NCBI RefSeq assembly: GCF_009834535.1
Contig: NC_045697.1
Location: forward strand, 11,224,001-11,288,000
Source of the DNA: Camelus ferus
Taxonomy: Eukaryota
Direction: 5' to 3'
Length of the DNA: 64,000 bases
This document shows positions 23,141 through 37,000 of this stretch, piece by piece. Each line of letters begins with the position of its first letter. The stretch's first letter is position 1. Position numbers and translations under genes: made by a program. A model generated the notes under the pieces. That model was not told the origin of the DNA. It did no database searches and was given only the letters and a program-made list of their open reading frames with translations.

Positions 23141-24619
23141 ACTCAGTACATTTGTCTTTAAGAGACGGTTTGGTTAGCAGAGGTGAGGAAACAGATGGCG
23201 CCCCAGCGTGGAGGTCAAGAGATCACTATGCATTTAAGGAGTGGGGAGGGCGTTGGAGCCAAGTATTGGGAGCCAGGAGCGAGGTGCAGATGAGCCGGAT
23301 TGGGACACGGGATCTCCTCCTCCAATCAATGGGACCTCCTAGAAGGGTTTTAAGCAGGGAAGTGCTGGGATCAATTTAGGTTCCAAGGACCTTCTATGAC
23401 AAGACCACCTCTACCCCTGAATAGCTGTGTGGCCCTGGCCGAATTCCTTCACTACACCAGGCCTCGGTTTTCTCTTGCTTTGTGGGTTTGTTATGAGGCG
23501 TTATCAAATGTGCGAAGCATTCAGAACTGTGTTGGAACCCAGAGCGCACTCAGCTGTGACTCTCAGGCTTGATGAATCGCACTCTGCTTAAACTCATGTC
23601 CATCTTCTTTGCTTCCCTGTCCCTTGGAAGCTCACCAATGCCCAGGGGAAGGTATCGCAGGTTTCACCTTTATATCCGCCCTCCTCGTCCTGCCCTGGCC
23701 GGGCACCCATCGCGCCCCTAGTCCAGCTCGTGCCCCTGCTCCCGGGGCCCTGCTCTTCTGCGTCTGTTACACCACCTGCTTGTCAGCTTCTCTGCACACC
23801 TGACTGTATGTTTTCTATCCATAGTCCTCACTGCAGGCAAATATGTCCACTTGAAAGTGAATGTCGAAGAGGCTCCTTCTTTCTTAAACACTGTGAGCCC
23901 CCGTGTTTGTATAGCTCCCAGTCCTGTCCTGAGAATTGGTTCTGAAACAATCAACTGTCACCTTGAAGAGTCATTAACCACCCCCCCCACCTAATGACAA
24001 TATACTACTTTCTTATAAGCCACATAATGCCTACATGATTCTTCTACCTGTAAAGCCTTTTCTCTCCAACTCATGGTCCAGAGAATTTCTGCCAGTCAAC
24101 ACCTGCAGGAGCTGCCCTTCCCAGCCCTTGCTGCCGCACCTGACCCCTTCCCCCACCTTCTTTAGGAGTAATTCCATCCCGCTTAACTTGGGATGCCAGC
24201 CCCTGGGCAGGGCCTGACGCTAAGCAGCGCCCCGTCTCCACCCCAGTCAGGGTCCTGTGGGGGATGGATGCATGCTTGGGGACGTCACATACTGAGTCTG
24301 ATATGATCCTTATACCAAGAGCTTGAGATTAGCAGCACAAGTGTTTTGTATATGAGCAAGCCAAGGGTCAGAGAGGCTGGACAGTTTGCTCACGGTTTCC
24401 CAGGAAGCAAATACTGAAGTCAGAAGCTACCTACGAATCTTCTAACTTCTAGTGGTTAAATTTCTATGTAGAAAATTGCCATTTGCCAAAACCTAAAAAA
24501 AAAAAAGAGTTTAGATTCAAAATATGCAACCTAAATATGCACACAATGGCTTTGCCTGTCTGTCCCCTGGAATTGGTATCAACCATAAAGCATACCAGTG
24601 TCAAGATAAATAACTCACA

Positions 24620-24806
24620 ATTATTGCATATTTTCTGGGGGCCAGGCCCCCTGCTAAGCGCTTTACAAAACTCTCTCACTAAATTCCTGCCACATTCCTA
24701 TGAGATAGATAGTTACTGTTTCCAATTTACAAATGAAGAAAGTAAGCCTTTTGACCAAGGTCACTTAACTAGCAAATGACAAAAGCAAAATTCGAATCCA
24801 GGCAGT
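24620..24806 (-). mobile_element. MIR, cut by MLT2 LTR
   Basis: 'ctgctaagcgctttacaaaa...cctatgagatag...ttacaaatgaagaaa...ccaaggtcac...ttcgaatccaggcagt'. Confidence 0.8.
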
Positions 24807-25232
24807 TGTGATGGTTAATTTTCTGTGTCAGTTTGGCTGGGACACCAGGTTCCCAGATGTTTAGGCCAACTTTATTCAGGGTGTTTCTGGAGGAGACTGA
24901 GGACAGCAGACTGCCCTCCCCATGGGTGGGTCCCCTCCAATCAGTTGAAGACCTGAGCAGAACAGAAAGGCTAAGAGCAATCCCCACCCGCCTGAGCCAG
25001 ACCATCAGTCCTCTCCTGCCCTTGGGTTCTGATTTAAATTGCCGGGTCTCTTGACTCGCAGCTGCCCTGTGTCTTCAGCTCACCAACTCACCACTCGGGT
25101 CTTGGGGCTTGTCAGCCTCCCTAACCACATGAGCCAATTCTTTGTAATAAATCTCTTTATACACACACACACACATATATACACACACACACACATCCTC
25201 GTGGTTCTGTTCCCCTGGAGAACCCTAACACA
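24807..25232 (+). mobile_element. MLT2 (ERVL) solo LTR
   Basis: Starts TGTGATGGTTAATTTT; 'tccaatcagttgaagacctga', 'catgagccaattc...aataaatctct', (CA)n tract; ends 'ggttctgttcccctggagaaccctaacaca'. Confidence 0.9.
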
Positions 25233-26559
25233 GTGGTACCCGCCCTAGTGTGCTTCCATTCTGTGTATTAAGTAAAAATAGAATTCCTCTTATTCCAGGT
25301 GGAGAAGAAGCATTAATTATCAATAGTATGCAGCAAGTATGCAACAAAACATTTCACTAGATGTAATTTGTTTTGTTCCAACATCTCAGGAGCAGCTTTT
25401 TTCCCCCGCTCGCTTGTATTTTAGGGAATCGTTCCCTAGAAGGGATCTGAGAGATGGCTTTGGACTTGCAGGAGCCTGGCTGGCATTATAGCTCTCATAC
25501 AGTCTGCAAGGGTGACCTTGGACAAGTCATAGTACCTCTCTGAGGAGGTACAGTGTGGATGACTTACACCTGTGTCCCCCTGGGTGCCGCGAGGCTTAAA
25601 TGAGGTCAGGTATTGATTATTTCTAATTTCATTGTTTCCAAAACCACAAGAAAGTTTGCCAGCAAGGGGGACTGCCGGCTTCAGGAGCAATGCACCATGA
25701 AAAATAGATACTAATTCCATTTAATCTGATTCTTGTCCAGTCATCTTAACTGAAGGCTAAAAATGATTCTGCAGTAATAAAGGGAATTATAATACTCTGC
25801 TGTAGACGCTTGGAGAGCAATTCCAGCACAGAAGCAAGCGATTAGACATTGAAACAAATTAAAAACTCAAAGAAAAACGGGGGGAGGGAGAGGAAGGAAA
25901 CCAAAGACCACTCAAATCCCTCAAGAAACACTATTTAATAAAGCAAACTCTATTTTCCATAGAATTCCAATCAAGGAGCATTTTGGCCACATGGAAGCAA
26001 TTAAAGACATCTATGGTTTAATGAAAATGCAAAAACCAAGGACAAACAAAACAACTTTGTAACAAGAGGCCACTTCTCAAATCCCTGCCACCAAACTGCA
26101 GGACACAGAACAGCTGAAAAGCTTGTACCATTGATACACGGCTCACATCAGCCAGAGGCATGATCCCCAAAGTCCAGCCTGCCTTGCCTTTTGCTGGAAC
26201 ACAAAGAAAACAGCGCTTTAAACAAAACAAAGACCAGGCTTCACCGCTCCAGGCCTCCCCGGGTGGCCGATCAGACCAGTGATCTCAGGAGAAGAAAATG
26301 CATACGAGGTCTGGCTTGTCCTCTCTTTGGCCCTGGTGAAAACCTAACCCCATTCCTTAGGCAGATTCCATCATCCCTGGAGCTCCCCTTGGCCAGCCAC
26401 AAACATCCCAAGGGAGTTTGATTTTAAGCAACATTCCTCACCATAGAAACATACGTAAGTCACTCTCCTGTGAATCGGAAATTTTCTGGATTCAGATGAT
26501 GAAAATGGAGACAAATTTGTCTTACTGACATCATCCCCTACCCCGGGACCCCTGGACCT

Positions 26560-26995
26560 GGCTCGCCAGCTCTTCCTCTGTGTTCCGCACACTGCAGGCC
26601 GACTTCCGCTTCCAGGTCTTGGCACTTGCTGTTCCTCTGCCTGTAGCGCTTGTCCTCCAGATCTTCAAAGGCTTGATTCCTCCTTATGATTTAGATCTCA
26701 GCTCAAATGCCAGAGAGAGACCTTCCGTGGCACTGCTGAACTGAGGAAACTCCAGTCACTCTATCCGTTATCACTTTTGATTTTTCTTTTTTCTTTTTTG
26801 AGCACTTATCACCGTCCAAAACTACCTGCATTGTTAATACATCTGTGTATTTGCTGGTTTAACCTGCCCCCTCGCCCATCCTCTCCTAATAATAAGCCAT
26901 GAGAAAGCTTTTATTTGTTTTCCACCCTGTACCCCACTCCGAGCAAAGTTCCTGGCACACGATAGGCACTTAATAACATCAAGAGAATGAACACA
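26560..26995 (+). mobile_element. LINE-2 3' segment
   Basis: 'gcacttgctgttcctctgcctg...tctcagctcaaatgcc...cctggcacacgataggcacttaataa'. Confidence 0.85.
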
Positions 26996-27223
26996 AAACA
27001 TGGTGAGCTGCTTGATGTTTCTGAATTTTTGGAAAGACTGCTTTGGCCAAGAAGTATCTATATTATTTGTTCATTCTTTCAAAACCTGTTGAGTACCAAG
27101 GATGTTCCAGGAGCTGGGGAGACAGCTAGGAGTTAAATCTGGGTCTTTGCTTACAAGGAGTTTGAAATGGGGATGGAGAGAAAGAAGAGGAGCTATAGAG
27201 GTCCTTATTGTTAAGTCAGTGGG

Positions 27224-27690
27224 TGTATTAATTTCTTGTCACTGCTGTAATGGCCACATGTGGGTGACTTAAAACCATAGAAATGCATGCTTTCACAGTT
27301 CTGGAGTCTAGAAGTCTTAAATCAAGGTGCCAGAAGACTTGGTTCCTTCTGAGGGCTAGCAGGAAGAATCTGTTTCATGCTTCTCTCCTCGATTCTGGGA
27401 GTGGCTGGAGGTCCTTGGCATCCCTTGGCTTGTGGCTGCATCCCTCAGCCTCTGCCTCCATCTTCATATGTTCTTCTCTCTACCGTGTCTGTCTCTGTGT
27501 CTGTCTCTGTGTCTGTGTCTTTCATAAGGACACTGCACATTGGATTTGAACCCACCCTAATCCAGTATGACTTTATGTTAAGTAGGTGCACCTTCAGAGA
27601 CCCTATTTCCAAATAAGGCCACATTCTGAGATTCCAGGATCTGGGTGGGGAGGGAGTTTGCGAGGGGGATATACTCTCCAACCCAGTACA
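27224..27690 (-). mobile_element. MLT1 (MaLR; MLT1C/D-like) solo LTR
   Basis: TG...CA ends; 'cacagttctggagtctagaagtcttaaatcaaggtg', 'gaccctatttccaaataaggccacattctgag'; 5-bp TSD gtggg/gttgg. Confidence 0.9.
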
Positions 27691-28749
27691 GTTGGTCATG
27701 CCATTGTCTTTGATTCTGGAAAACAGATTTACTTTCACGAGCACCAGTTGTCTGATGGATTCAGCATGACAGAATTTTATTCTCTACTGAACACATGGGT
27801 ATGCCAAAGTGACCCACACACCTCTTCTCCCCCTGATGTATTCCGGCTACCAGAGGGGAAGAGGAGCGAAGTAGGTCAGGGCTGCCAGGCGACTCCTCAC
27901 TGCCCTGCCTTTTTCCTTCCCGCCAAACTCAGCTGGGGGCTCCATCTCCTCTGCTTCTGCCTTACCTCCAACTCCACAGTCTGGTCTGTGTTCAACCAAC
28001 GGGGGGGCACAAGCCCAGTGATGAGCTCCATCTTGAAGACGCTCTAGGAAGATTCCTTCTGCAGTGCTCAGGGAAGACAAGACAGGGCCACAAATCCACA
28101 AATCATAGCTCCTCTGTGTAGCCCGTGAAATCCCAGCCTTGCCTCTCCGCTGTCCGTTCTGGTTCTAAATTTAGCCTGGCTCCTGAGCTGTAGCTTCCTT
28201 CTTCCTGTTCCATTTGCCTTCCGAGTCATAATCTTAGCTCTACTCCATGATGGAAATTGAGGTCCTTGACACCCAAAGAGAGGGCCGGAGTATGGAGACA
28301 GCTACCTGGTTCCCCTCCCCGGAGAGGATCTCAGCCCCTCCAGTCCACCTAGACCCCAGATATGCCCAGAAACACCCCCAAAGTGGGGATCAGTGGAGAG
28401 GTGGCAAACATGGGAGTCAAACAGCCCAGAGCCCACATCTAAGCTCTGATCTTTATTAGGCATCTCTGTGTGGATCAATAGCTCAACCCTCTCAGCCACC
28501 ATGGCCTCACAGATGTCAATTCCCACCATCTAGGGTGAAACATACATTAATTGTCAAAAATAATAACACATACGGCGCAGTTCAAGACACATGGGATACA
28601 CTTACTAACTGGTTTTGGAATTGCACTAAGAAAATTGAAATACCTGACACAGAGCTAACAAAGTTACAAGAGAAAGAGAAAATGCACTGAATTGAGGCCT
28701 GGAAAGAAATACCTATATTTTCATTGATGTGCAAATACAGTTTTTCCTC

Positions 28750-29050
28750 CATAGCTTGTACCTCCTGGTTCTTCAGGTAACCTCAATGTCACCTCCTTCG
28801 GGAGGCCTTGTCAAACCAGCTTGATCTAAAAGGGAACATTTCTCCTTATTTAGTCTCAGTCCATTTTCTTCATAACCCTTACACAAATAATGATATTTTT
28901 GTTTGTTTTATGTTCATGTGTTGATTGTCTGCCTCTCGCTCTCTGGGCTGCGTGAGGGTACTGATTTTATCTAAGTTTATCCTTCTCTAATCCCAGGGCC
29001 TGGCATAGGGCAATGTCTTCAGTAAAACTTGTCAAAAGAATGACGAGTGA
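28750..29050 (+). mobile_element. LINE-2 3' segment
   Basis: 'aatgtcacctccttcgggaggcctt...tgattgtctgcctc...cccagggcctggcatagg'. Confidence 0.75.
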
Positions 29051-30039
29051 AAAATAAGCTCTGTACCCCAAATGGAGATGCTGCCATATTTTCATCATTT
29101 TTTTAAAATGGAAGGGGATTGCACAATTGGAAGAAGTAAGTGAAAGAAGTTAAAATAATTTCACATTTAATTTCTACTAGCTGGATCATTATAGCAAGTT
29201 AGGAATGGTAGGAACTTTGTATATAATCTAGAATAAGCAGCCAATTGATGCCTGAAATTCTTGGACATTGCTGTCTGTTATGTCCAGTCCACTGAACTGA
29301 AGGAAAGACAGGGGCTGAAGGGGAAATCAGTTTACCCCATTCACCCGTTTTCCTTGGCTATTCAGCATTCGGGCTGGTTCACCACCTGAAGGCCCTCAAT
29401 ATTAGTCTCTCTTTTTTTAAATGGCCTTCAAACATTTGAGGACACAGCCATGGCCCCCACGGCCCTCCCCTTCTTCAGGCGAATCATCCCTGGATCTTTT
29501 AACTCTTTCTCAAAGGACAAGTTTTCATGTCCTCTCATCATCCAAGGTGGCGAGGGGAAAGTCAAAGAGATATTTAACTTGCCCCCCAGTCACCTTTCTA
29601 TGCGGGTAACAGTGCGAGTGAAAAAGACAGGCAGATAAACCCGGGCCATCCTTGCTTAGAAAGTGCATTTAGATTTCCATAAAGCCATAAAAGGTTTGAG
29701 ATGACACATTTGCTTCAAAAAAGACAGATTCTTAAATGAGAGCGATTTCAAGAAGACCAGGCATCCCGTGGTGCACTTTGGGAGGGAAAGCAAATTGCAT
29801 AACCGTGGCTCATCTGAGCAGCGGTGAGAAGTCCTGCCAGCAGGGGCGCAAGTTCAAATCCCTGGGCCACCTAAGCCAAGTTCTGTAAAGAGACTCCTCT
29901 CCAGCTCACAACCCCCTACAGCTAGATGGCCAGGGCTAACTCATTTGTCCTGTTGCATTTCCCTGAAAGGGGGAGCACAAAGAAAGATATAAAATGAGCT
30001 TTGCGAAAACCACGCATTAGTCCTAAAACTTCCCTCCTC

Positions 30040-30540
30040 TGAGTTATAGGGAGACAATGAGACTGGGATGAAAACGTATTAGCCTGGGAATCAGGTTCTT
30101 TATGTCTAATTTTAGAACTGGAAGGACCCTCAGACACAAGCTAATTCAAGTCTCTAATTTTCTATCCAAGGTCATTGAAATTTAGGCCACCTTCATTATG
30201 TATTTATTGATGTGATCTCGAATGAGTTGCCAAGACTCGCTGGCCTCAGTTTCCCAATCTGTGAAATGGAGATGAGGAGAATATTATCCATCCGTAAATA
30301 GCTGTCATGATTAGATTACACAGGAAAAATGTACGTAGCGTGCCCCGTGGGGAGAAAGCACTCCGTAATAGCTGGCTATGATTATTTTTCATTCAAATAG
30401 CAATTGGCCTCTGCTACATGTCAGACACTGCTCCAAGCAATGAGGGTGTGGCAAGAGATGAGACAAACACTGATCTTACCCTCCTGAAGCCTTCTGGGAA
30501 GACAGACATTAAAACACAAATTCACAGACACTCTTGATTA
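30040..30540. mobile_element. MIR cluster (plus strand) followed by L2 end (minus strand, from about 30385)
   Basis: 'ggcctcagtttcccaatctgtgaaatggagatga'; 'ttcattcaaatagcaattggcctctgctacatgtcagacactgctcc'. Confidence 0.7.
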
Positions 30541-30864
30541 CAGCTGGCTAAGCGCTGGTACTTAAGATCCCACATTTCGTTGCTTGTAGATCTGATACGA
30601 AAATTCAAGTCAACCAGCTCAGAGATTCTTCATTTTCACAAGTGCTACATCCCCATCCCGCCTTCCTCGCCTGTACCACAAGGGCGCTTGGTGAGACAGA
30701 ATGGCAGTTGCCGTAAGAGAAATCCCCTCGCCGCCTCGGTGTTGATGAGCGTGCAATGGGACACTTCCTCAGGTCCGGGGGCCTCTGCTTAAATGAGACG
30801 TAGACCGTTTGGAACTACGTCTGTGGGTCAGGATGGCACAGCAGATAAGAAACCCTTCGGAGGT

Positions 30865-31110
30865 GAGAGAGAAAAAGAGCACTGACTTCAGAGCCAAACA
30901 GACCTTGTTTTAATCCAAACTTGATGAGACCACTTACAAGCTACAGGACCTTGACCAGTTACTGAAATTCTAAGCCTCAGTTTCCACATCTGTAGATTGG
31001 GTCTGGTAATTCCAACCTTGCAAATTTGGCATAAGATTTAAATAATTAAGTGCACATAAAGCCCTTAGCATAATAATGCATGCAGTAAACAGTCAATAAA
31101 TGCCAGAGAT
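30865..31110 (+). mobile_element. MIR SINE
   Basis: 'aaagagcactgacttcagagccaaacagacc...cacttacaagct...aagcctcagtttccacatctgta'. Confidence 0.85.
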
Positions 31111-31399
31111 TATTAAGAGGAAGAGAGGGAAGTTAAAATATAGGGGCTCAAAACACAGGTCATGTCTTGTCTCTGATGAAACACCCCCTACAGTTTCCCA
31201 ATCAACGCAGAAGAAAGGGCAGTATTTAGAACAGCTCCCAGGCCAGCAGCAATCAGCTGGCTGCCTTCACGTCTATGTCCTCACCTCCTTCTGCTCCCTC
31301 CTGCTCTCTGCTCCAGCCAGACCTCATTATGTCTTGAACACATGAATTACAGGCCATCTCAGTACCTCTGAACTGGCAGCCTTCCTGTAAAAGGCAGCA

Positions 31400-31800
31400 T
31401 CGCATGACGATTAGGAACATGGGCTCTGGGGTCCAACCTCCGGGTCTGAATCCCGGCTCTGCTGCTTACTTAGTGTGTGAAATTGGCAAGCGACTTAACG
31501 TCTGTGTTTTAACTTCCTCCTCTGTAGACTGGAGGTAATGACATCACCAAACTCACAGAACTTAAGCCCCCCACGTAGACAAGAAAGAAAGAAAACAAAT
31601 GCAATGTCTTGAATAGTTATGAGCTGCCAGTCTGCCGAGCTGATAACAGGTCCCGGCACTCTGCGCAGCTCACATCCAGTCCTCGCCAAGTTTCAAGATG
31701 AAGGATCAGTTGTCCCGTTTTCCAGATAAGGGAACTGAGGTGGAGAACATTAAAGCGCATCTGGGACTCAGATCAGACCTGGCTGGATGCAGAAGTCTTC
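31400..31800. mobile_element. Two MIRs (about 31400-31560 plus; 31610-31800 minus)
   Basis: 'ctgaatcccggctctgctgcttacttagtgtgtgaaattggcaagcgacttaac'; 'ttttccagataagggaactgagg'. Confidence 0.75.
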
Positions 31801-32894
31801 CCGCTCCCCACGTCCCCCTGAATCTATTCGCAAGGTTAACAGCACGGATTCAGATTCCAAAGCCCCTAAACCATGAGGTCTCCAGGGACACACGTTTGTA
31901 TAGTGGCTCTCTGGGCCTGAGTTTCATAAAGGGACCCTGTGTCTTCTCCTTGTCCATCAGGCACATGTCCTTTCCTGCACACAGAGGCCAAGTGGGCAGG
32001 CCTGGCCAGAGAGGAAGGAGCCCAGCCCTGGGGGACCCGCAGTGCTGTCCCATAAACACGTGGCGTGGAGACCTGAAGGCCCTTCCTGCAAGGCTTAAAC
32101 CCACCCCCTACCCCCAACCCGTATCGAGAACCCAGCCTCACGGTGAATGAGTGAACGTCTGTAAAGGACAGGGCACATCACTGACTGTGTTGGATCTCAT
32201 TTCTCTTTCCTCCCCTGGCCCAGTGTCTGCCCCTTCCGTCCCCTCTGATCCAGGCAGGACGTGAGGGAGAGCCTTGCACCTGGGCTATTGTGTGTAAATC
32301 ACAGACCCAGAAGGGCTCATGGGGAGGGCCAGGTTCCTGGAAATACAGGGCCCCGGGGCCTGGCTTACAGGTAACTGCTGCACGGGAAGCGTTCTCACCC
32401 CAGTGATGACCAGCTAGGAGGACAGGGGAAGTTACTGATCTGCTCAGAGTCAGAGCAGGACATGAAGCCTCTAAACACACCCACGTCCCAATTCCACTTG
32501 AGACACGGCCACAGGCAAAGAGCGTCCTAGGTGTCTCTACCTGGATGAAAGAAATCAATACGTTAAATCCAGTACAAGACCAAAGAGGTCGGGGTGGGAA
32601 CAAATACTCCATCAGAACCCAATCCCGGAATGTCCATGGTCCTCACTCTCATCGGTAAGAAACTGAATTATTTTTTAAAAATGTGTCTTCATTGTGATTA
32701 AAAATGTTACATTAGGCAAGTGGTCAGCAGGCAAGGAGATATTCTTAAGCCCCTGTTCCTGGGCCAGTGCTCATGGCAGTGATGATTTCAGATCTGCCTT
32801 TTACTGGCCACTGGACATTCATTTTCATCTATGCCGCTGATACTCTACCACCTCCACCCCAGGAATAATAACACTGAGGGGGAGGAGGACAGGG

Positions 32895-33060
32895 ATTGTA
32901 GTTACTGTTGCTGTTTGCCGTGCTGAGCACCAGTCCTAAATATTTTATGTGCTTTGGGTCATTTAACCCCATCTGCAACATTGTGTGGTTCATAGTCTAT
33001 TGTCCCATTTTACAGATGAAGACACTGAGGATTGAAGAGACAAGCAACTAGCTCACCCAC
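32895..33060 (-). mobile_element. MIR SINE
   Basis: 'tcatttaacccc...tgtcccattttacagatgaagacactgagg'. Confidence 0.75.
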
Positions 33061-33807
33061 AGAGATGTGCTCTGACGACCATTGCCATGTCTCTCTAATT
33101 TGCTCCACTCCCTGGATCTCAGGGTTTGGACCTGCCGAATCTGGGGTTATGCACTAGCTGAAGTGATCTCCAAAGGAGCACATGATGACGGCATTCCAGA
33201 CCTCCAGGCCGGTGCCTGGTCTCCAGGGAAAGATAAGATGCACATCTCTTTCTAGGGTGTCAGATGCTGGTCCCAAGCCTTCAGGTCTCCAGCCACAACC
33301 TCAGATCCTTTCCTTCTTCCTTTCTGTCATGAGGAGAGGCTCAGGACCCGGCAACCACCACAGAGGCAGAGGTGGCCACAGGCTGTGTGCAACAGGAACG
33401 CTATGTACCTCCTGAAGCCCACACCTGGTCCTTCTCTCCACTGGTCAAAGCCTTGAACAAAATGCCCTACTCAGAAAATAAAGTTTCAGTTCCTCAGTAC
33501 ACCGTTTGAGGATCTCCGAGGTCTCGTCCCAACCTGCCATGGTAACTCATCTACCTCTTCCTTCTGATTTCTCCCATCCACTCCATCCTCAGCCTGTCAT
33601 ATACCCCGTGTGCTTCTGCACTTGTTTTTAGTCTCCCTAAAGTAGTGACGGAAACATCCATTTTTTTTTCTTCACTACAAGACTTTGTTTACTTCATTAC
33701 TGGAGGAGTGTGGAAGCCTTGGTACCCTGGGTGTAGATGGCCACACCCCTTGGCTCTGCCTCCCTTCAGTGCCTTCCAATCCCCCACCCTGTCTAATTTC
33801 CTCCAAT

Positions 33808-34173
33808 AAATGGGTTTGAATGTTTGTGCCCTCAAATTCATATGTTAAAACTTATGCCCAGTGTGATGGAATTAGATGATGGGGCCTTTGGGAGGTGCCT
33901 AGGGCATGAGGGTGGAGCCCTCATATACCAGATTAATGCCCTTTTACAAGAGGACCCACAGAGCTCCCTAGCCGCTTCCTTCCTTCTGCTACATGGGGTT
34001 AGAATGAGAAGATAGCTCTCTGAAACTGGACAAGAACCCTCACCAGGACCTGACCACACTGGCACCCTGATCGTGGACGTCCAGCCTCCAGAACAGTGAA
34101 AAGTACATTTCCATTGTTTTTAAGCAACTCAGCTTATGGTATTTTGTTCCAGCTGCCCAAGTGGACTAAGGCA
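33808..34173 (+). mobile_element. MLT1A-type (MaLR) solo LTR
   Basis: 'gaatgtttgtgccctcaaattcatatgttaaaac...ggggcctttgggaggtg...ctggcaccctgatcgtggacgtccagcctccagaac...ggactaaggca'. Confidence 0.9.
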
Positions 34174-35618
34174 ATGGGTGTTGTTTATAATTGAGGAAAA
34201 GAGTTATTTTCCAATTGCTACTATCACAGGAAGAGCATACATCAATACTGAATGAAGTAAGCACTATGCAAAGCTATACATATACATGTAGATGTATATT
34301 TCATAACCTCAATTTTGCACAAATGTATTTATTTTTTAAAAGCCTGGAAGAAATTCTCTGGGTGGTTCAATTAAAGGGGACATGAAGAAAATGTTGGCAT
34401 GAAAACATGGCCCCATCCAAGAGTCCCGATGACCCCAGGCCAGGCCACAGTTACCCGGGTCCTCAGAAACAGCCGGGACCAAAGAAAGTTCAAACCAGTT
34501 CCAACCATCACCTAGTCTTTTCCTGGGTCTTAGTTCCAGTACAGAAGAGGACAGGGCCAGCTCACAGGAGAATCCCTTGTGCTTGGCTAAGACACAGAAG
34601 GGCTCTGTGCAGAGGACGGATGTGTCACGCACAGTGGCAGGTACCCATTTCTAGCTCAACAAACAGCCCAAAATGCAACATGCAAGCATCGCTTATTGTA
34701 GCTTCTATGGCAGGACAGCTGCTGCACCAGGCAAAAAGCAAAAGCAGAGAAAACAATGTTCTGGAATGTTCCTGGGATGAGAATAATTTCTAGCCAAGTA
34801 AGCAAAGTGGCTCCTGAGAAATGCATGATGGATAAACAAGGCAGCATGGAGAGTGCCTTGCTCGCTGGCTTTCTGCAGGCTGACACTCCCTCCACCTTGC
34901 TCTCCGCACTCACCCCAGACAAGAGAGAATGACCTGGCTCCTCTGTCATTTCTCCACATTTCAGGGTCTGTTCCTGGAATCACATGCAGTGTTTTTGCTT
35001 ATCCTGAAAGGTTAAAAACCCTTATGACCCCCAAACCAGCTTCATTTTTCTCCTCAACTTTTGAAAGCAAAACTCAGGGGACTTCCCCCAAAATGAATTA
35101 TGCAGAAGATATGATAAGATGCGAGTCCACCTGCTGCTAAGGGACTCGCCTTCGAAAAATGTAATCAGATATTCATTTCCTGATATTAACAACTGCTAAA
35201 ACGGAGCTCTGATTTCTGGAACAAATACCTTGAGAAGAAAGTTTAAACATATACATTTTAATTGAATTTCTTCCTGGCCAGAACATAATTGATGGAATCC
35301 TGCATCCATCATGAGCCACAGGCTCCTTAACTCATAAGCCAGCCAATCTGCTAGTAGGACTTTTCTAGGTTCTTAGTACCCTTATCAACCACTCAGGTTT
35401 CCAGGGAGACTCATTAGCGGAGCTGGCGAACGCTGCGGCCGGCATCATTAGCCACCACAAAAGTTTTGAGCATCTGCTCTCCTGTATGTTTATTTGTTTA
35501 TTGCCTGTCTTACCCCAATGAGAATGTGAGCTCAGTAAAGCAGAGAGTTTTGTCCACTGTGCGCGCCCTGCTGCAGCCCTGAGCTGCTGGCACTTGTGGG
35601 TGCCCAGTGCACATCAGC

Positions 35619-36173
35619 TGACTACTGGGGACCAGAATACGCCACCTCAAAATTCACCACTTTGGCATAAGGATTATTTAGCACTGAAGGCAACTGAGAG
35701 AAAGCAGATACAAGGAAGACCTCTGCCTTCCCCTGTATTTGCTTAAAAGCTGGACATGAATTTGTCAAGATACCCACCCCCCCATCTCTACCAGGGACAG
35801 ACGTTAACCACCAGAGACAACTCTAGACCCTTTTTAACACCAGAGGAACCTACATAACAAACTTTATCAACTAGCCCTTGTCTTCTGTGACTTCCCCACA
35901 TCGTTGCCTTCTCACAGTAACTCAAAGTCCTTTTCCTTTGTCTTGTCACTTCTCTACAGATGTATCGGTCTTACGTTGAGAAGCTATGTAAGCCCAAGTT
36001 CTAACCGCCTCGGTGAGTCACTCATCACGGAATGCTCCCACTCGTATGTGTGTGCTAATAAACTCCTGTTTGTGTTTCTCATGTAAATCTCTTGTGAATC
36101 AGTCTAATTTGCAGGGCCCCAGCCAGACAACCTAAGAGAGTGGGAGAGGAAAATGACTGATGCCTCGCCTACA
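35619..36173 (+). mobile_element. ERV1 solo LTR, MER34-like, adjoining an L2 end (about 35480-35618)
   Basis: 'ggggaccagaatacgccacctcaaaattcaccactttggcataaggattattt...gaaggcaactgag'; AATAAA at about 36057; ends '...cctcgcctaca'. Confidence 0.8.
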
Positions 36174-36774
36174 CTGTGACTCTCTCATGTGCAGAGAAGC
36201 TGAGCCTGGAGATGCAAACAGGTCTTACCGCCACGAGTGCATTTTTAGTCTCCCTGCTGGCTGGCGACACACGCACAAGAGCATCCTGGCAAACAGAGAA
36301 ATCAAGGAGCATGTTCTAAGGTCCATGGCGGGGACATGGCGGGGACGTTAAGGGCTAAGACAAGGCAAAGAGCCGCACGATCAGGATCTACGTTCTCCAG
36401 CTGCCCCCTCCCCTCCCTCTCCGTATTGATACAAGACTTAGAACAACTGGGAGCTCCCCAAATGGCCGAGCCTTCCCGTCCTTGGAAAAGACTCCTGCCT
36501 CTCCACCCCACACCAACCTGCACCCCGAGTCCTGCAGGATCTCCTCCCGCATCCCTGGCACCAGCAGAGTGATGACCCAGCCCACCCTCCTTCTCTCATC
36601 TGTCTTGCCCCAGAAGCACAGTTGTCTCACAGGCCCTGAAGGGGAGGGGCCCATTGTTGATATTTAAATAAAGCAAATCAGAAAACAAAAGGGAACATCT
36701 TCTCTGCAAGAAAGCTCCAATTTTTTTTTTAAGGCTGCTATGGAGGACAGAAGAAGTACCAGGTACTGAAGAGG

Positions 36775-37000
36775 CATTTATTCATTTGTTTCCTTTTAGT
36801 CCATAAATATGTACCAAAGAGCTACGCCACATCAGGGATTGTGCTCAGGGCTGGGGACGTAGAGGGAATCTAAAAACGCAGCCCAAGCAGACAGCCAAAC
36901 AGAAAGATCGCCCAATAATCAACAGGTAATAAAGACAGGGTGGGACACAATTTCTTACAAGGAAAGTATAGGATACCGCAGAAGCAACAGAAGGGCAAAC
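36775..37000 (-). mobile_element. LINE-2 3' end
   Basis: 'catttattcatttg...taaatatgtaccaaagagctacgcc...tgtgctcaggggctgggga'. Confidence 0.6.

Noticed and set aside
29836..29850. CTCF-like CCAGCAGGGGCGC (also partial matches at about 3792 and 11921)
   Set aside because: Spacing or core mismatches against the CTCF consensus; not supportable without scoring.
30796..30822. AGACGTAG...CTACGTCT inverted repeat
   Set aside because: An 8-bp stem with an 11-nt loop is expected by chance in 64 kb.
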